A DNA stretch of 64,000 bases from the human T2T-CHM13v2.0 reference genome, Homo sapiens. The position numbers and the translations under genes were made by a program. Under the pieces are notes generated by a model. It saw nothing but the letters and a program-made list of their open reading frames with translations, searched no databases and had not been told where the DNA came from. This document shows, piece after piece, positions 1-17,680 of the stretch (the first letter of the stretch is position 1; the number at the start of each line of letters is the position of its first letter). The stretch lies in assembly GCF_009914755.1 (NCBI RefSeq), contig NC_060926.1; one strand, given 5' to 3'.

Positions 1-3971
<3,971 letters not shown>

Positions 3972-4285
3972 GAATTACCTAGCAGCTTAAATAACATGGA
4001 TTTTTGGTCTCTATCCTACACTGAGTTGGGACCTTTGGAAGTGGGACCCCAGATACAATTCTGATTATCAGCCAGATTTTGGAGCCACAACTTAATATCA
4101 CACCCCAGATAAGTCCCAACATTGGCCATAGAGCCAGTTGAATAGGTCCAGATAGGGCCCTGAAATCTGTATTTTAATAAGCATCTGTTGTGAGTATCTT
4201 GAAGACTTTACTATGTGAACACTGAAGAGATGGATCCAGGGTTGCAAACTTGAACGTTTATTGGAAGCCTTTGTCCCTCTGGTCC

Positions 4286-4555
4286 AATCATTTATTTACA
4301 TATTCCAAACACAAAAGTTTACCAAGCATCACCTATGTGCCAGGCACTTTTTCAGAGCTTAAGGAGTTCACAATCTAGTGATAGAGATAAATGCACAAAT
4401 AATTATACACATGGAGAAAGTATAGATACAAAATTATGCAAAATAAAAAGTGAGGTGTAAACAGTAACTGACTCAGCCTGGAGGAGCTGGTGAAGGCTTT
4501 ACAGAAGACAGGCTAACTTTAAAGTAAGATAGGATTCTAGGCAGAGGAAATACTG
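4286..4555 (-). mobile_element. Degraded L2-like fragment
   Basis: Resembles an L2 3' end in reverse (caagcatcacctatgtgccaggcact...aaggagttcacaatctagtg); recalled consensus only. Confidence 0.45.
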
Positions 4556-4569
4556 TGTAAAATAACTGC

Positions 4570-4742
4570 AGTGTTTCTCAAAGTGTGGCCCTCAGACTAC
4601 CTCTATCGGAATACTCAGGGGCCCATGACTCAGCTCACCCCAGAATAACACACCCAGAGTTCCCTGGAGTCAGACATAGGAATATGCATTTCTATTGTGC
4701 TTCCCTGGTGATTCTGAAAAGTACTGGCTTTTAAAAACTATA
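4570..4742. mobile_element. MER5A-like hAT-Charlie MITE
   Basis: Begins cagtgtttctcaaagtgtgg and contains atgcatttcta...cttccctggtgattctga, typical of MER5. Confidence 0.6.
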
Positions 4743-5632
4743 GGCAGAGACTCTTGAAAAAGCCAGGTTTATCCGGGGAAAATATAAGCACGTGATGTTA
4801 AAGCAGGGTCTATTTTTTTAAGGCATTAAAAACCAAGTGAGACTCCAGCTTGTGGCTAAGACGGAGAAACAAGAACCAGATTTATCCTCCTACCTAAAAC
4901 AACCAAAGCACAGCAAGAAAAAATGAAACAATAGTTTTCAAAGCACTGAATGTAGAGCAGTGAAGGAGGGTGGTCCCCAGATGAGAAGAAAAAATGAGAT
5001 GGGCCATACGATTTTTTGCAAAGAGAAGGAATGCAGGCAGAGCTCAGAAGACTCCTTGAGTTGAAGAGATGGAGCTGAGACTCTAGGAATACCAAGGCAG
5101 CCAGAGCTCATGGGATCATAGAAGAGAGTACTGGAGAGGGGATAATAAGACAGGTGCCCACATTACAGAGGATAAGGGAAAATTCTGTACATCTTTATGC
5201 CAACAAATTCAACAACTTGATTCAACAGGCAAATTATTTGAAAGATTAAATAGGCAGTTCTTTGAAAGACAAAATTACCACAGCTTAATCAAAAAGAAAT
5301 GTATCATCTGAATATCCCTATATCTGTAAAATAAACTGATATCTATCAAAAACCTTCCCACCAAAAAACAAACAAAAAATAAATAATAGCAACAGGCCGG
5401 AATGGTTTCATTTGTGAATTTAAGCAAACATTTAAGGAAGAAATAATACAAATTCTACTCAAACCATACAATACCATTGAAAGGAAAGAAATACATCCCG
5501 ATTTATTCTGAGGCCTAAATTAACATGATACCAAAACCAGCCAAGACTTTATAAGAAAGGGAAACGATAGACTAATATTTTTCCTGAATACAGATGGAAA
5601 GTTTGTGAACAAAATTTTAGCAAATCTTGCAA

Positions 5633-5986
5633 TAGCCACTGCCTCAGTATCTCTGGGAGATTGGTTCCAGGACTTCCCACAGATACCAAAATCTGTGGAT
5701 GTTGATAAAAAATGGCATAGTATATGCATATAACCTATGTATATCCTCTTATATACTTTTAATCACCCCTAGATTATCTATAATACCTAATACAATGCAA
5801 ATGCTACACAAATATTTGTTATTATATTGTATTGTTTGGGGAATAATGACAAGAAAAAGGTCTGTTCATGTTTAGTACAGGCAGAATATTGTTTTTGAAT
5901 ATTTTTGATACAAAAAAATAATATTTTTGATATAAGTTTGGCTGAATCCAAACTTATATTGCAGAACTGGATACAAAGGGCAGACG
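5633..5986 (+). mobile_element. MER2 (TcMar-Tigger) DNA transposon
   Basis: Matches MER2 landmarks gattggttccaggac...gataccaaaatc, tataatacctaatacaatg and gggaataatgacaagaaaaa, with degenerate terminal inverted repeats. Confidence 0.85.
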
Positions 5987-6013
5987 ATATGTTAAAAGGA
6001 TAATACACAGTGA

Positions 6014-6610
6014 CGTAGAGTACATGCACCTGACAGCAATAATTTGAGCATACCATTAGAATGACCCTGTATGGCGGATGCACCTGAATGTGTGTTCTGA
6101 GCTAGGGAATCTGGGAGTGGCCAACCTGGAGGTTCCTTCCTTATCTATGATAAACACTGAGCCCTCAGTTTGCCCTGCAGAACACAGCCCTACAGGAGAT
6201 TGAGGCCCTGAATTTTGGGTTAAATGAAGGTTGCCAGGTGAATGTTGTTACAGGAAGGGTAAGTGAAAATGTTATATAAACTGCATGATGTTTGCAGGTG
6301 ATTACAGTTTTCCTGACCAGCCTGCCACCCCTGGGCCATGCAGTTATCGTCCAGGCTGCCACCACTGTGACCATAGAAAGGCAGGTTTGTCTAGCCTGTT
6401 GCCACTGGGCCAGGTGGATATGTTGTCTAGCCTGCCACCACTGGGCTGCAGTAGGCAGATATATTGCCCAGCCCACCACCACTGGACCCTCTCCCCTGTA
6501 TGTAAGCCCCTGATAAAAATCCACATCTTGTTTGTTGGCTCTGCACGTCTTCTTTGGCCTCTTAAACCTGGTGCCTTCCCTATTGAGATTAACAGGGGTT
6601 GGGCACAACA
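6014..6610 (+). mobile_element. Solo ERV LTR (~600 bp, LTR47/MER72-like) with an internal tandem repeat
   Basis: Starts (c)gtagagtacatgcacctgacagcaataa and ends ...ggcacaaca. TATA-like ttatataaa near 6272. Interrupts L1 ORF2 with a degenerate 5-bp TSD AGTGA/CATGA. Subfamily uncertain. Confidence 0.75.
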
Positions 6611-6812
6611 CATGACCAAGTAGGTTTCATCCCAAGAATGCAAGGTTGGCTTAATAGTAAAAGATCAATTGATGTAAATCACCCAAATATAAACTAATAA
6701 ATAAAAATATATATGTATATATAACCATTTCAATAAATTCAGTAAGAGTATGTGGCAAAATCCAATATCCATTCTTGATTTTTTTAAAAGTCATCAAACA
6801 AGGAATAGGAAA

Positions 6813-7152
6813 TGCTATGAATTAAATTTTGTTCCCCCAAAATATATGTTGAGTCCTAACCTCTAGTACTTCAGAATACGACCTTATTTGAAAATAAGAA
6901 CATTGCAAACATAATTAATGATGAAATCATACTGGAGTAGGATGGGCCCTTAATCAAAAATGACTGTGTCCTTATAAGAAGGGGACAAGGAAGGGGCAAG
7001 GAAGGATTCTACCCAAAATCTCAAAAGAAGCATGGTCCCATTGACACCTTGATTTCAGACTTCTAGCCTCCAGAACTGAGAAGTAATACATTTGTATGGT
7101 TTTAAGCTCAGTATTTAGTGCCTTGTTACAGGAGCCTTAGGAAACTAACACA
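6813..7152 (+). mobile_element. MaLR solo LTR (MLT1B/C-like), internally deleted
   Basis: TG...CA ends; gacaccttgatttcagacttctagcctccagaactg and aggaaactaacaca are MLT1 hallmarks. Confidence 0.85.
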
Positions 7153-8972
7153 GAAACTTCCTAGTCCTGATAAAGGACATCTGTGAAAAACCTACAACTC
7201 ACATCATATTAACAATGAAAGACTGAATGCTTTTCTCCTAAGAACAGGAATAAGATAAGGATGTCTGCTTTTACCACTCTGTTCAACATTGTACTGGAGG
7301 ATGTAGCCAGTGCAATCTGACAGGAAAAAGAAATAAAACCCATCCAGATTAGAAAAGAAGTATAATTATCTTTATTTACATAAAACATGATTGTCTGTGC
7401 ATAAAATTGATGTAATTTATGTAAAAACTAGTAACACTAATAAGCGAGTTTGGCAAAGTTAAGAGATATAGCGTCAGAATACAAAATTCAGTTGCATTTC
7501 TATATGCTAGCAACAATTAGAAATTGAAATGTTTTAAAATACTATTACAACAACATCAAAAGATATTACTTACAAGACATCTGGTTTTAGATCCAACATA
7601 TAAAGAGCTTGGACTGATTTTACAGATTAAGTTGGGAAGAATTCACATCCTTACAACAAGAAAAAAAGCTAAAAAAAAAAAAAAAAACAACTGAAAATCA
7701 ACAACTCTTCCAGGATCCATCAGAGAATTGAGGTCACAGAACAAAATGCCACCCAGTATCTGGAGAGACAGGCAAATGAAGAGAACCACAGCTGATATCT
7801 GCTTACCTGGAACAGAAGCAACTAGAGCCATAAACTGGTAAGACCACCTCTGTGGTAATTTTGATGAATTACTGGAGGCTGAGTGTGGATGAGTATCACA
7901 GTGAGAAACCCCAGAGGCCACAGTCTTAGGATGTCCACCACACACATTTGTGGGTTTTACCTTCAGAAATCTCACCAAATTCTTACAGGGAAGAGCCAGA
8001 AAAGATTCCCTGTATCTTGGGCAGAAGGAAGAAGAAAGTAACCATTTTGAAATACACCCAGAGGATTTTACCAGAGCCTTCACCTGGGATAAAGACATTT
8101 ACCCAACTCTAGCACCCTCTAGCTTTCCAGTTTCATCTAAGAAGGGGGAAAAAACCCTAAGAAACACTTCTGAAGGTTACAGCCCAGAGGCACAGGCCCA
8201 CTAAAACACTGTTTGATCAATTACTGAAAGATAGCTATAGTCTCCAACTTTAATAGTGGATTTGTCTAGTTCTCTTTGCAGTTCTATCAGTTTTTGCCTT
8301 ATGTATTTTAATTCTCAGTTGTCAGTTGAATACACAGAAAAAAATTGGAATAGTTTCTGGAAGAACTGACCTCTTTATCATGATGTAATGCTTTTCTTTA
8401 TACCTGATAATTTTCCTTGTTCTGAAGTCTGCTTTGTCAATTCATACAAAAAAAAATTTTTTTTTTACAAAATCCAGCACCCTTTCGTGATAAATACTCT
8501 CAGAAAACTAGGAGTAGAGAAAAATTTACTCAACTTCACAAAGAACATCTACAAAATCCTATAACTAACATCGTACGTAGCAGTGAGAAAATACATACTT
8601 AACTCCTAAAACTGGAAACAAGGCAAGGATGTTCCCTTTCACGATTTCTAGTCACCATAGCACTGGAAATCCTAGCTACTGCAGTAAGACTAAAAACAAA
8701 AATTTGAAATAAATGATGTACAGATTGGGAGGGAGAAAATAACACGGTCTTTCTTCATAGATAATGTGATTGCCTATGTAGAAAATCCCAAAGAAATAGC
8801 AAACAAAACCTCCTAGATATAAGTCAGTATAGCAAGATCACAGGAGACAAAGTTAATATGCAAAAGTCATACCAGCAATAAACAACTGAAATAAAGAATA
8901 TCATTTACAATAATACCTCAAAGATGAAATACTTAAGTATAAATCAAACAAAATACATGTAAGATCTATTTT

Positions 8973-9235
8973 CCAGGCACGGTAGCTCACCCCAAGGCAG
9001 GAAGATTGCTTGAGGCCAGGAGTTTGAGACCTGCCTGGGTAACATAGCAAAACCCAGTCTCAACAACAACAACAAAAAAATTAAGTCGCCAGGCATGGTG
9101 GTACATGCCTGTAATCCTAACTACTTGGAAGGCTGAGGTGAGAGGATCACTTGACCTCAGCTCAGTGTTACAATGAGCTATGATCACACCTCTGCACTCC
9201 AGCCTGAGTGACAGAATGAGACTCTGTCTTAAAAA
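8973..9235 (+). mobile_element. AluJ-like with a short 5' internal deletion
   Basis: Alu dimer; TSD AAGATCTAT on both sides. Confidence 0.85.
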
Positions 9236-11037
9236 AAGATCTATATGCCAAAGATTACAAAGCTAATTAATTTGAGAAGTTCAAAATAAATGAAGAAATA
9301 TTCTATGTTCATGGGTTATAAAACTCAATATTGTAAAAATGTGAATTCTTCCCAACTTAATCTGTAAAATCAACGCAACCAAAATCAAAATCCCAGAAAG
9401 TTGTTTTGTAGATATTGAAATGATTCTAAAGTTTATTTGGAAAGGGAAAAAGCCTAGTATAGCCAACACAATACTGAAGAATAAAGTTAGAAGACTCACA
9501 CTACCTAATTTCAAGATTTGTCATAAAGCTATAATAACCAAAACAGTGTGGTATTGTCCAAAGAATATACAAATAGATAAAAACACAACAGAATAGAAAA
9601 CCCAGAAATAGACCCACCTAAACAGATCTTTGAAAAAGAAGCAAAGGGAATTCATTAGAAAAAAGAATAGTCTTTTCAAAAAATGATGATGGAACAACTG
9701 GATGTCCATATCCAAAAAATGAATCTAGACAGACCTTATACCTTTCACAAAAATTAAGTTGAAATTGATAAGACCTAAATATCAAATGTGAAACTAGAAA
9801 ACTTCCAGAAGAAAACACAGGAGAAAATCTTGGTGGATGACTATGGGTTTAGAGATCAGTTTTTAGCTACAACATAAAAAAAAGCTATAAAGAAAATTTG
9901 TTAAATTGGACTTTATTAAAACTAAAAATTAAAATTTAATATTTTAAAAGTTAACATTTTAATTAAAATATTTTGAGTTGGAAATATCAACATGAACTCA
10001 TGTTTACCTTGACATAGATACATTAAAATTAAAATTTTCTGCCTTGTGAAAGACACTGTTACAATGAAAAGACAAGCCACAGACGGGGGAAAAACCACAT
10101 ATCTGATAAAAGGCTTGTATCTAAAATATACAAAGAACTCCTGAAACTCAACAATAAGAAAATACACTCCAATTAAAAAGTGGGCAAAGATGTAACAGAC
10201 ACCTTACTAAAGAAGATACATAAGTGGCAAATAAGTATATGAAAAGATGATTTTTGCATTAGTGAATTGCAAATTAAAACAACAATGTGATACCACTACA
10301 CACCTTTTAGAATGACTGAAATTGAAACAATGGACAATTCCAAATGCTGAAGATATAGAGCAACAGGAGATCTCATTCATTACTCGTGGGACTGCAAAAT
10401 GGTATGACCACTTAGATAGTTTGGCAGCTTCTTCCAAAGCTAAATATACTCTTACTTTATGATTCAGAAATTGCACTCCTAGGTATTTACCCAAGCATTT
10501 TGAAAATATATGTCCATGGAAAAACCTGTACATAAATGTTTACAGCATCTTTATTTATAATTTCCCCAAATTGGAAACAACCAAGGTATCTTTCAACAGG
10601 TGAATGGATAAATAAACTGTGCTATATTTATGCAATGTAATTTTATTTAGTGATAAAAAGAAATGATCTATCAAGCCACAAAAAGATATGGAGGAAACTT
10701 GAATGAATATTGCTAAGTAAAAGATGCCATTCTGAAAAAGTTATGTACTCTATCATTCCAACTATATAATATTTAGGGGGCAAAATTATAGAGGTGGCAA
10801 AAAGATCCATGGTTTCCAGGGAGAGAGGGTTTAATAGGTGAAGCATGGGTTTTGTTCAGGGTGGTGAAACTATTTTATATGATACTATAATGGTGGAGAC
10901 GGATATTATGTATTTTTCAAAAAACATAGAAATTTACAACACAAAGAGTAAAAACCTTAATGTATTTCAAATTAAAAAAATTATTTGGAAGGTCCTGCAT
11001 CTCAGAAAGGGATGTAGACAATGATAAAATAACTGAT

Positions 11038-11450
<413 letters not shown>

Positions 11451-12920
11451 CTAAAGGCAAAAAAAAACCAAAAAACAAAAAACAGAAAACTGCACAGAAA
11501 CAGCACATTGTAGTTGATAAAGATGTTTCCAGTAGGGGTACAGGTTGGAAATTCTGATACTGCTATATATGTATACTGGAATTAACCAAGTACACGTATG
11601 GAAGATGGTAGGATCCAGGTTTCTTACTGTCGAAGTAAGAGTTTACAAATGAGCAAGGGAGGAGGCTGGAATCCAATCCATGTGACAGTGGATTGGAGTT
11701 GGAAATATCAGTAAGAACTCGTCTTTACCTTGACATAGACACAGATGGCTTTATATATACACAGGCACACATATCCTTGCTTTGTCAACTGAGAGGACCT
11801 GGAAGCAACAGCAAAACTTCCCAGTAACAATGAGCACACTGAGCACCCAACTCTTTGTTTCTAATACTTTTAGAAACAAGGGCTCCTTGGAGAAATGACA
11901 TAAACAGGACATGAGCAGGACATATACAAGATGGGCCTTGAGCATTTGTAGTGCCAGAAAGCAAGGAGGTGTGGGACACACACACACACACACACACACA
12001 CGCATTGATGGAAGTATAAAAAAGAGATACAGTGGCCAATGGCCAACTGAATGCACTCCCCAGTGGCGAAAGCCAGAACATTTTGAGCAATAAAATAAAG
12101 CACTGGATTTTAATCCAAAGTGTAAAATAAATATCCTTGAGTTCATACTTATATAAAGAAATGTTCAAGTAAATAAATAAATGGGAAAGAAAAAACAAAT
12201 CTCCCTTGCAGAAGAATTCCAAATAATTTATGTCAATACTCAGCTCTCATGGAGGGGTCCCATAACTCTTCCCTCCTTAAGTGTGGATTGTGCATAGCAT
12301 CTTCCTTCCAAAGAATATAGTAGAGAAAGAGAGCTTTTTTTTTTTTTTAAAGAGTAACTTTACAGTGGAGAAACCTGATAGACCCTACCTCACCCAGCAA
12401 TCAGGGTCATAAATCATGTTGACAGAGTGTATCCTTGATATGACGTGATGAAAGGGCACTTTATCTCTGTGGTTTTCCTCCCCAAAAACACATAGCCCCA
12501 ACCTAATCATGAGAAAAACATCCGACGAATTCCAGTAGAAGGGCATTCTACAAAATATCTGGCCAGTATGCCTCAAAACTGTCAAGATGATAGAAAACAA
12601 AAAAGTTCGAGAAACTATCACAGTCAAGAAGAGCCTAAGGGGACAAGACAATTAGTATAATGTGGTATCCTGGATGGAATTCTGGAACAGAAAAAGAACA
12701 TTAGATTTTTTTAAATTAACGTAATATCAATAAAGCATGATCTTTAGTTAATAATAATGTATCAAAATTGATTCACTAATTCTAACAAAGGTAGTGTACT
12801 AGTGTAAGATGTTAAATATAGGAGAAACTGGTGTGAGGCATATGGTAAGTCTGTACTATCTTCTAAATTTTTCTGTTACCCAAAAACAGTTTTAAAATAC
12901 AAAGTCTATTTTTTAAAAAC

Positions 12921-14623
12921 AAAAAAATATAAAGTATTGGGGATAAATCTAACAAAAGATGTCAGAGCTGTCACTGAAAACTATAAAACATTGCTGAGGG
13001 AAACTAAAGACCTGAAAAAAATTAAAAGATATGCTTTGTTCATGGTTCAGAAAACTCAGTATTGTCAAGATGTCAGTTCTCCCCAAGTTAATCTATAGAT
13101 TCAACACAAATTCTAATCAAAATCTCTAAAGTTTTTTTTTTTTTGGTATACACTGACAAACTGATTGTAAAATTCCTGTGAGAATACAAAAGACCTAGAA
13201 TAGCGAAAACAATTGTGGGGGAAAGTTGCAAGACCAACACTATCTCATTTCAAGACTTCTTATAAAACTACAGAAATTAAGACAATATGACAGTCATGTG
13301 TAGATAGACAAATAGATCAATGAAATAAAGAATTCACAAATAGACCCACACATACATGGACAAGTGATTTTTGACAAGTTACAAAGGCAACTCAATGAAG
13401 AAAGAATAATCTTTTGAACAAATTGTGCTGGAGCAATTGAATACTCATACACAAAAAAATGAACTTTAACCTACACCTCCCTCCAGATGTAAAAATTAAC
13501 TCAAAACAGATCATAAGCCTAAATGTAAGAGCTAAAACTATAAAACTCTTGGAATAAACATCTTTGCAACCTTGGATTAGGCAATAGCTTCTTAACTATG
13601 ACACTAAAACACAAGCACCAAAAGAAAAAAAAAGATAAATTGGATTTCACCAAAAAAGTTTGTGCTTCGAAGGACATTATCAAGATAGTGGGAAAAAAAA
13701 AAAACCACAGAATGGGAACAAATATTTGTAAATCATGTATCTGATAAGGAATGTATATGTAGATATATAAAGAAGAAATGGTAAAAACAACTAAAAACAA
13801 GTCAATTTAAAAATGGGCAAAAGACTTGCATAGACATTTCTTCAATAAAGATATACAATTGGTCAATAAGCACATAAGATTATGATCAGTATCTTTAGTG
13901 ATTATCCAAATTAAAACCTGCAATGAGCTATTACTGCACGTCAATTAGAATAACTGACAATACCAAGTGTTGGCTAGGATGTGGGGGAGTCTGAGCTTTC
14001 ATGCTTTTCTAGTGGAAATGTAAAATGGTACAAACTCTTAGGAAAACAGTTTGGCTGTTTCCGAAAAAGTTAAACATACACTAATCTTATGATTCAATAG
14101 TTCCACTCCTTGATATTTACCCAAGAGAAATGAAGGCACATGTCCATACAAAGACATGTACATGACTGTTCATAGTTGCTTCATTCATAATAGCAAGAAA
14201 CTGGAAACAACTGAAATGTCTATCAACAGGTGAATGGATAAGCAAAATGTTGTATACGGATATTATAATACTAGATAATAAAAAGCAATAAACTACTGAT
14301 AGATACAACAGCATGAATGAGCCTCAAAACAATTATGCTGTGTGAAATAAGCCAGGCAAAAAAGGAGTACACAACATATGATTCCATTTATATAAAATCT
14401 TAGACATTGTAAACCAATAGATGCAACAGAAAGTGGATCGGCAGTTTCCTGGGGCCAAAGAAGTATTACAAAAGGGCATAAAGAAATGTCTGAGGATAAT
14501 GGATATATTTAGTACATTGATCAGCAGAATAGTTTCATGAGTTTATACATACATCAATAATTATCAAATTGTACACCTTAAATATATGCTCTTTACTATA
14601 TGTCAAGTATATCTCAATAAAGT
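12921..14623 (+). mobile_element. Outer L1M (L1ME-like), 3' segment
   Basis: ORF2 remnant continues from 7566 and ends with tatatctcaataaag, an L1M 3' terminus. Confidence 0.75.
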
Positions 14624-14634
14624 TGCTTGGTCTG

Positions 14635-14943
14635 TTTTTTTTTTGTTTTGTTTTCTGTTTTTTGTTTTTTTTTTTTTTGACAGGCTCTTGCTCTGTCACT
14701 CAAGCTGGAATGTTGGAAGACAGTGGCATGATCACAGTTCATTGTAGCCTTGACCACCTCAGCCTGCTGGGTAGCTGGGACTACAGGTGCACACCACTAT
14801 GTTCAGCTAATCATTCTATTTTTTGTAGAGACAGGGTCTCACTATGCTGCCCAGGCTAGTCTCAATGTCCTGGGCTCAAGCAATCCTCCTGCCTCAGCCT
14901 CCCAATGTGTTGGGATTACAGGCATGGACTACCACTCTCAGCC
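14635..14943 (-). mobile_element. AluJ-like
   Basis: T-rich tail followed by a reverse Alu body. Confidence 0.85.
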
Positions 14944-15194
14944 TAAAGTAGTTGTTTTAAAAAGGGTGATTTGGAAGGATAAATGCAGTTATATGGATTG
15001 GGCATTTGAGGATGGCCATGACATCCTTCTCTAACCTTTCTTCTACACCAAACAACTGGCTATTATCAGGTAGCTTCAGGAAAGGCTCTTCTGTCACAGA
15101 CCATTTTCAAGGCCTTCAGGATCAAGGTCTTTTTGTTTCCATTGGTTACTCAGTTAACTATGCCATAGGACAATAATAACTTAGCTCCATTTCT

Positions 15195-15504
15195 TTTTTC
15201 TTTTTTTTTTTTTTTTTTGAGACAGAGTTTCACTCTTGTTGCCCAGGCTGGAGTGCAACGGTGCAATCTCGGCTCACCACAACCTCTGCCTCCCAGGTTG
15301 GTTCAAGCGGTTCTCCTGCCTCAGCCTCCCAAGTAGCTGGCATTACAGGCATGAGCCACCATATTTGGCTAATTTTGTATTTTTATTAGAGACAGGGTTT
15401 CTCCATGTTTGTCAGGCTGGTCTCAAACTCCTGACCTCAGGTGATCTGCCCGCCTCGGCCTCCCAAAGTGCTGGGATTACAGGCGTGAGCCACTGTGCCT
15501 GGCC
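15195..15504 (-). mobile_element. AluS (Sq/Sx-like)
   Basis: Reverse Alu with perfect 17-bp TSD AACTTAGCTCCATTTCT (15178-15194 and 15505-15521). Confidence 0.95.
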
Positions 15505-15979
15505 AACTTAGCTCCATTTCTATAAATCACCATACACTTGCCAATGCATATGCACATATGTAATCCAATTTGCGCCTTTCTATGTGTAATGTAGACAAGG
15601 TGTACCCGGCCATTTGACAAGTGAAGGCAAATGGAGGAAAAAATGAGAAAGTTCAAGAAGTTTGCAGTTATGCAGCAACTTACTTAGGACTAAAAGTAAT
15701 GTGTCTTGGTTAAGTACTTTCCAGGACACTGGCTGCTGTGTAAGTCAGGTTGTCTCCTTAATCAAATGGTCAGTTATGAATCAATAAATGAACTAGAATT
15801 CAAGGAAGGAAGGCTAAGCAGAGTCTTTGTTAAGCCTTCCCATTGCTTCCGCTACTGGGAGCCCACTAATCTTCTCAGATGTCATTTCACAAGCTCGGTG
15901 CAGTTGTTTAACATTATTACCATGGACAGCATGAATCATTCTTATTGTTTGTTCTGGGCTCCTAGAATTAAACAGAATG

Positions 15980-16200
15980 ATAATTAATGATAGTTAACAT
16001 TTATTGGGTTATTTACTGAATTGTTGTTTAATGCTCTATTACATACTTACCAAAAGCCTATAAGGTGGCTACAACTATGATCCTCTCCAATTGACAGATG
16101 AGGAAACTGAGGCACAGAATTTTAGTAGCTTCAGCAAAGTCACATCGTTCTTGAGTGGAAATGTTGAGATGAGAACTCAGACTGTGTAACTTCACAGCTT
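15980..16200 (-). mobile_element. MIR
   Basis: Core acagatgaggaaactgaggcacaga. Confidence 0.75.
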
Positions 16201-16711
16201 CATCCTATGCCCCTAATAATTCATTTAATGTAATATATGTAAATTAAGACATCCCCAGATTAATTGTACTTTAAATAGATCAGAAAGCCATAAATTGGAT
16301 TGGAAAGAGTAGAAATCCATCTGATTATATGACTAAGGGCCTGCTCCCAGCACAAGCCTCCCCATTGTTGGAGAGAGGCAGAGGGAAGGTTGATAGTTGC
16401 AAGAGAATATGCCCAAAAAGAAGAGGGTAGAGGAAGGAGGAGGCCAGCACTTCCCAAGCATCATCACCCTTCTCCTGTTTCCGTTTTGCTAAGTTATATT
16501 TCTATTTGACTGGCACCATGGCCTTCAGAGAGTTACCATTTAAATAAAAAGAGATGGATCATTTCAATGGCTCCAGAATTCTATTTCTCCATCTTCTCTA
16601 ATTATTTAGCAAAAAACTTTACTTCTTTCAAACTCATTCTTATTCTTTACAAAACCGGAGAGCCAACTTTAAAAAAAAAAAAAAAACAGTCCTTCTGGTT
16701 TTGCAATCCAA

Positions 16712-16833
16712 ATAAGTGGGACCTTGAGCAAGTCAACTTTTCAGAGGCCCAGTTTTCTTATCCACATATAAGAGAGTTAATCTGTGCTAGATGGCCTCTG
16801 AGATGCTATTCTAGCTTTAAAATTCTATGATCT
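16712..16833 (+). mobile_element. MIR3-like fragment
   Basis: gaccttgagcaagtca...ctagatggcctctgag...attctagctttaaaattctatga. Confidence 0.55.
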
Positions 16834-17362
16834 CATGTTTCTTTCCTATCTGGTTTGTGTATAGGAATTTTAAAATCCCATGTTCTTTTTGTTATTTCTG
16901 GTGGGAAGGATTCTTCTTTCTCTCATTATGTGTCTCCTTTTGCTACTCTTCCTCTAAATTTTGTAACATATCCTATGTTCTGGAAAAAGAATTCTAATAG
17001 CTCCTGGTTGCCCTGGGTCTGAGGGAATCAAGATTGAAGGGCTGCTCACAGATAAACGAAAGGAAGCAGAGAGGGAAACTGCCAATGGTGTGGAGAAGAG
17101 CAGAGAGGAATCACTCACTTCCAGGGCACAAAAGCAAGACGTTCAAGAGAGAAAAAAAGTCTATGCCTTTAGTTAGAAAACTTCACATAAAGAGGAGGAA
17201 TTTTTCATATTGCTTTTCCACCACCACAGAATAGTTCCAGCCCACAGATGTCTAAACTCCTCAAAAACTGCCCTATTTGATATATAATTTTAAATCTAAA
17301 TAAATGTATCTGAATAAGTGTCAAAAAAATTAAGATTTTTCCACATAGGTAATACTGTTGAG

Positions 17363-17680
17363 TTTTTTTCTTTTCTTTTTCTTTTTTTTTTTTTTTTTTT
17401 TTGAGTCAGGGTCTTGCTTTGTTGCCCAGCTGGAGTGCAATGACATAATCACAGATCACTGTAGCCTCAACCTCCTGAGCTCAAGTGATCCTCCCACCAC
17501 AGCCTCAGGAGAAGCTGGGATTACAGGTGCACATCATCATGCCCAGTTAATTATTTTTTGTAGAGATGGAGTCTCCCTGTATTGCCCAGGCTGGTCTCAA
17601 ACTCCTGGGCTCAAGCAATTCTCCCGCCTTGGCCTCCCAAAGTGCTAGTATTACAGGCATGAGACACCACACCTGGCTGG
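17363..17680 (-). mobile_element. AluJ-like
   Basis: Reverse Alu dimer with T-tail. Confidence 0.9.

Larger units (their letters stand above)
4840..7566 (+). mobile_element. Ancient outer L1M (L1ME-like), 5' segment: 5' end remnant then degraded ORF2, interrupted by MER2, an LTR and MLT1
   Basis: Degraded ORF2-like sequence (ctttatgccaacaaattc; catgaccaagtaggtttcatcccaagaatgcaagg; ttcaacattgtactggagg) that resumes collinearly at ~12921. Confidence 0.7.

Noticed and set aside
6165-6643. Four overlapping ORFs of 73-148 aa, and a superficially CRISPR-like repeat-spacer pattern
   Set aside because: Explained by a degenerate tandem repeat inside an ERV LTR; no cas genes and the context is eukaryotic.
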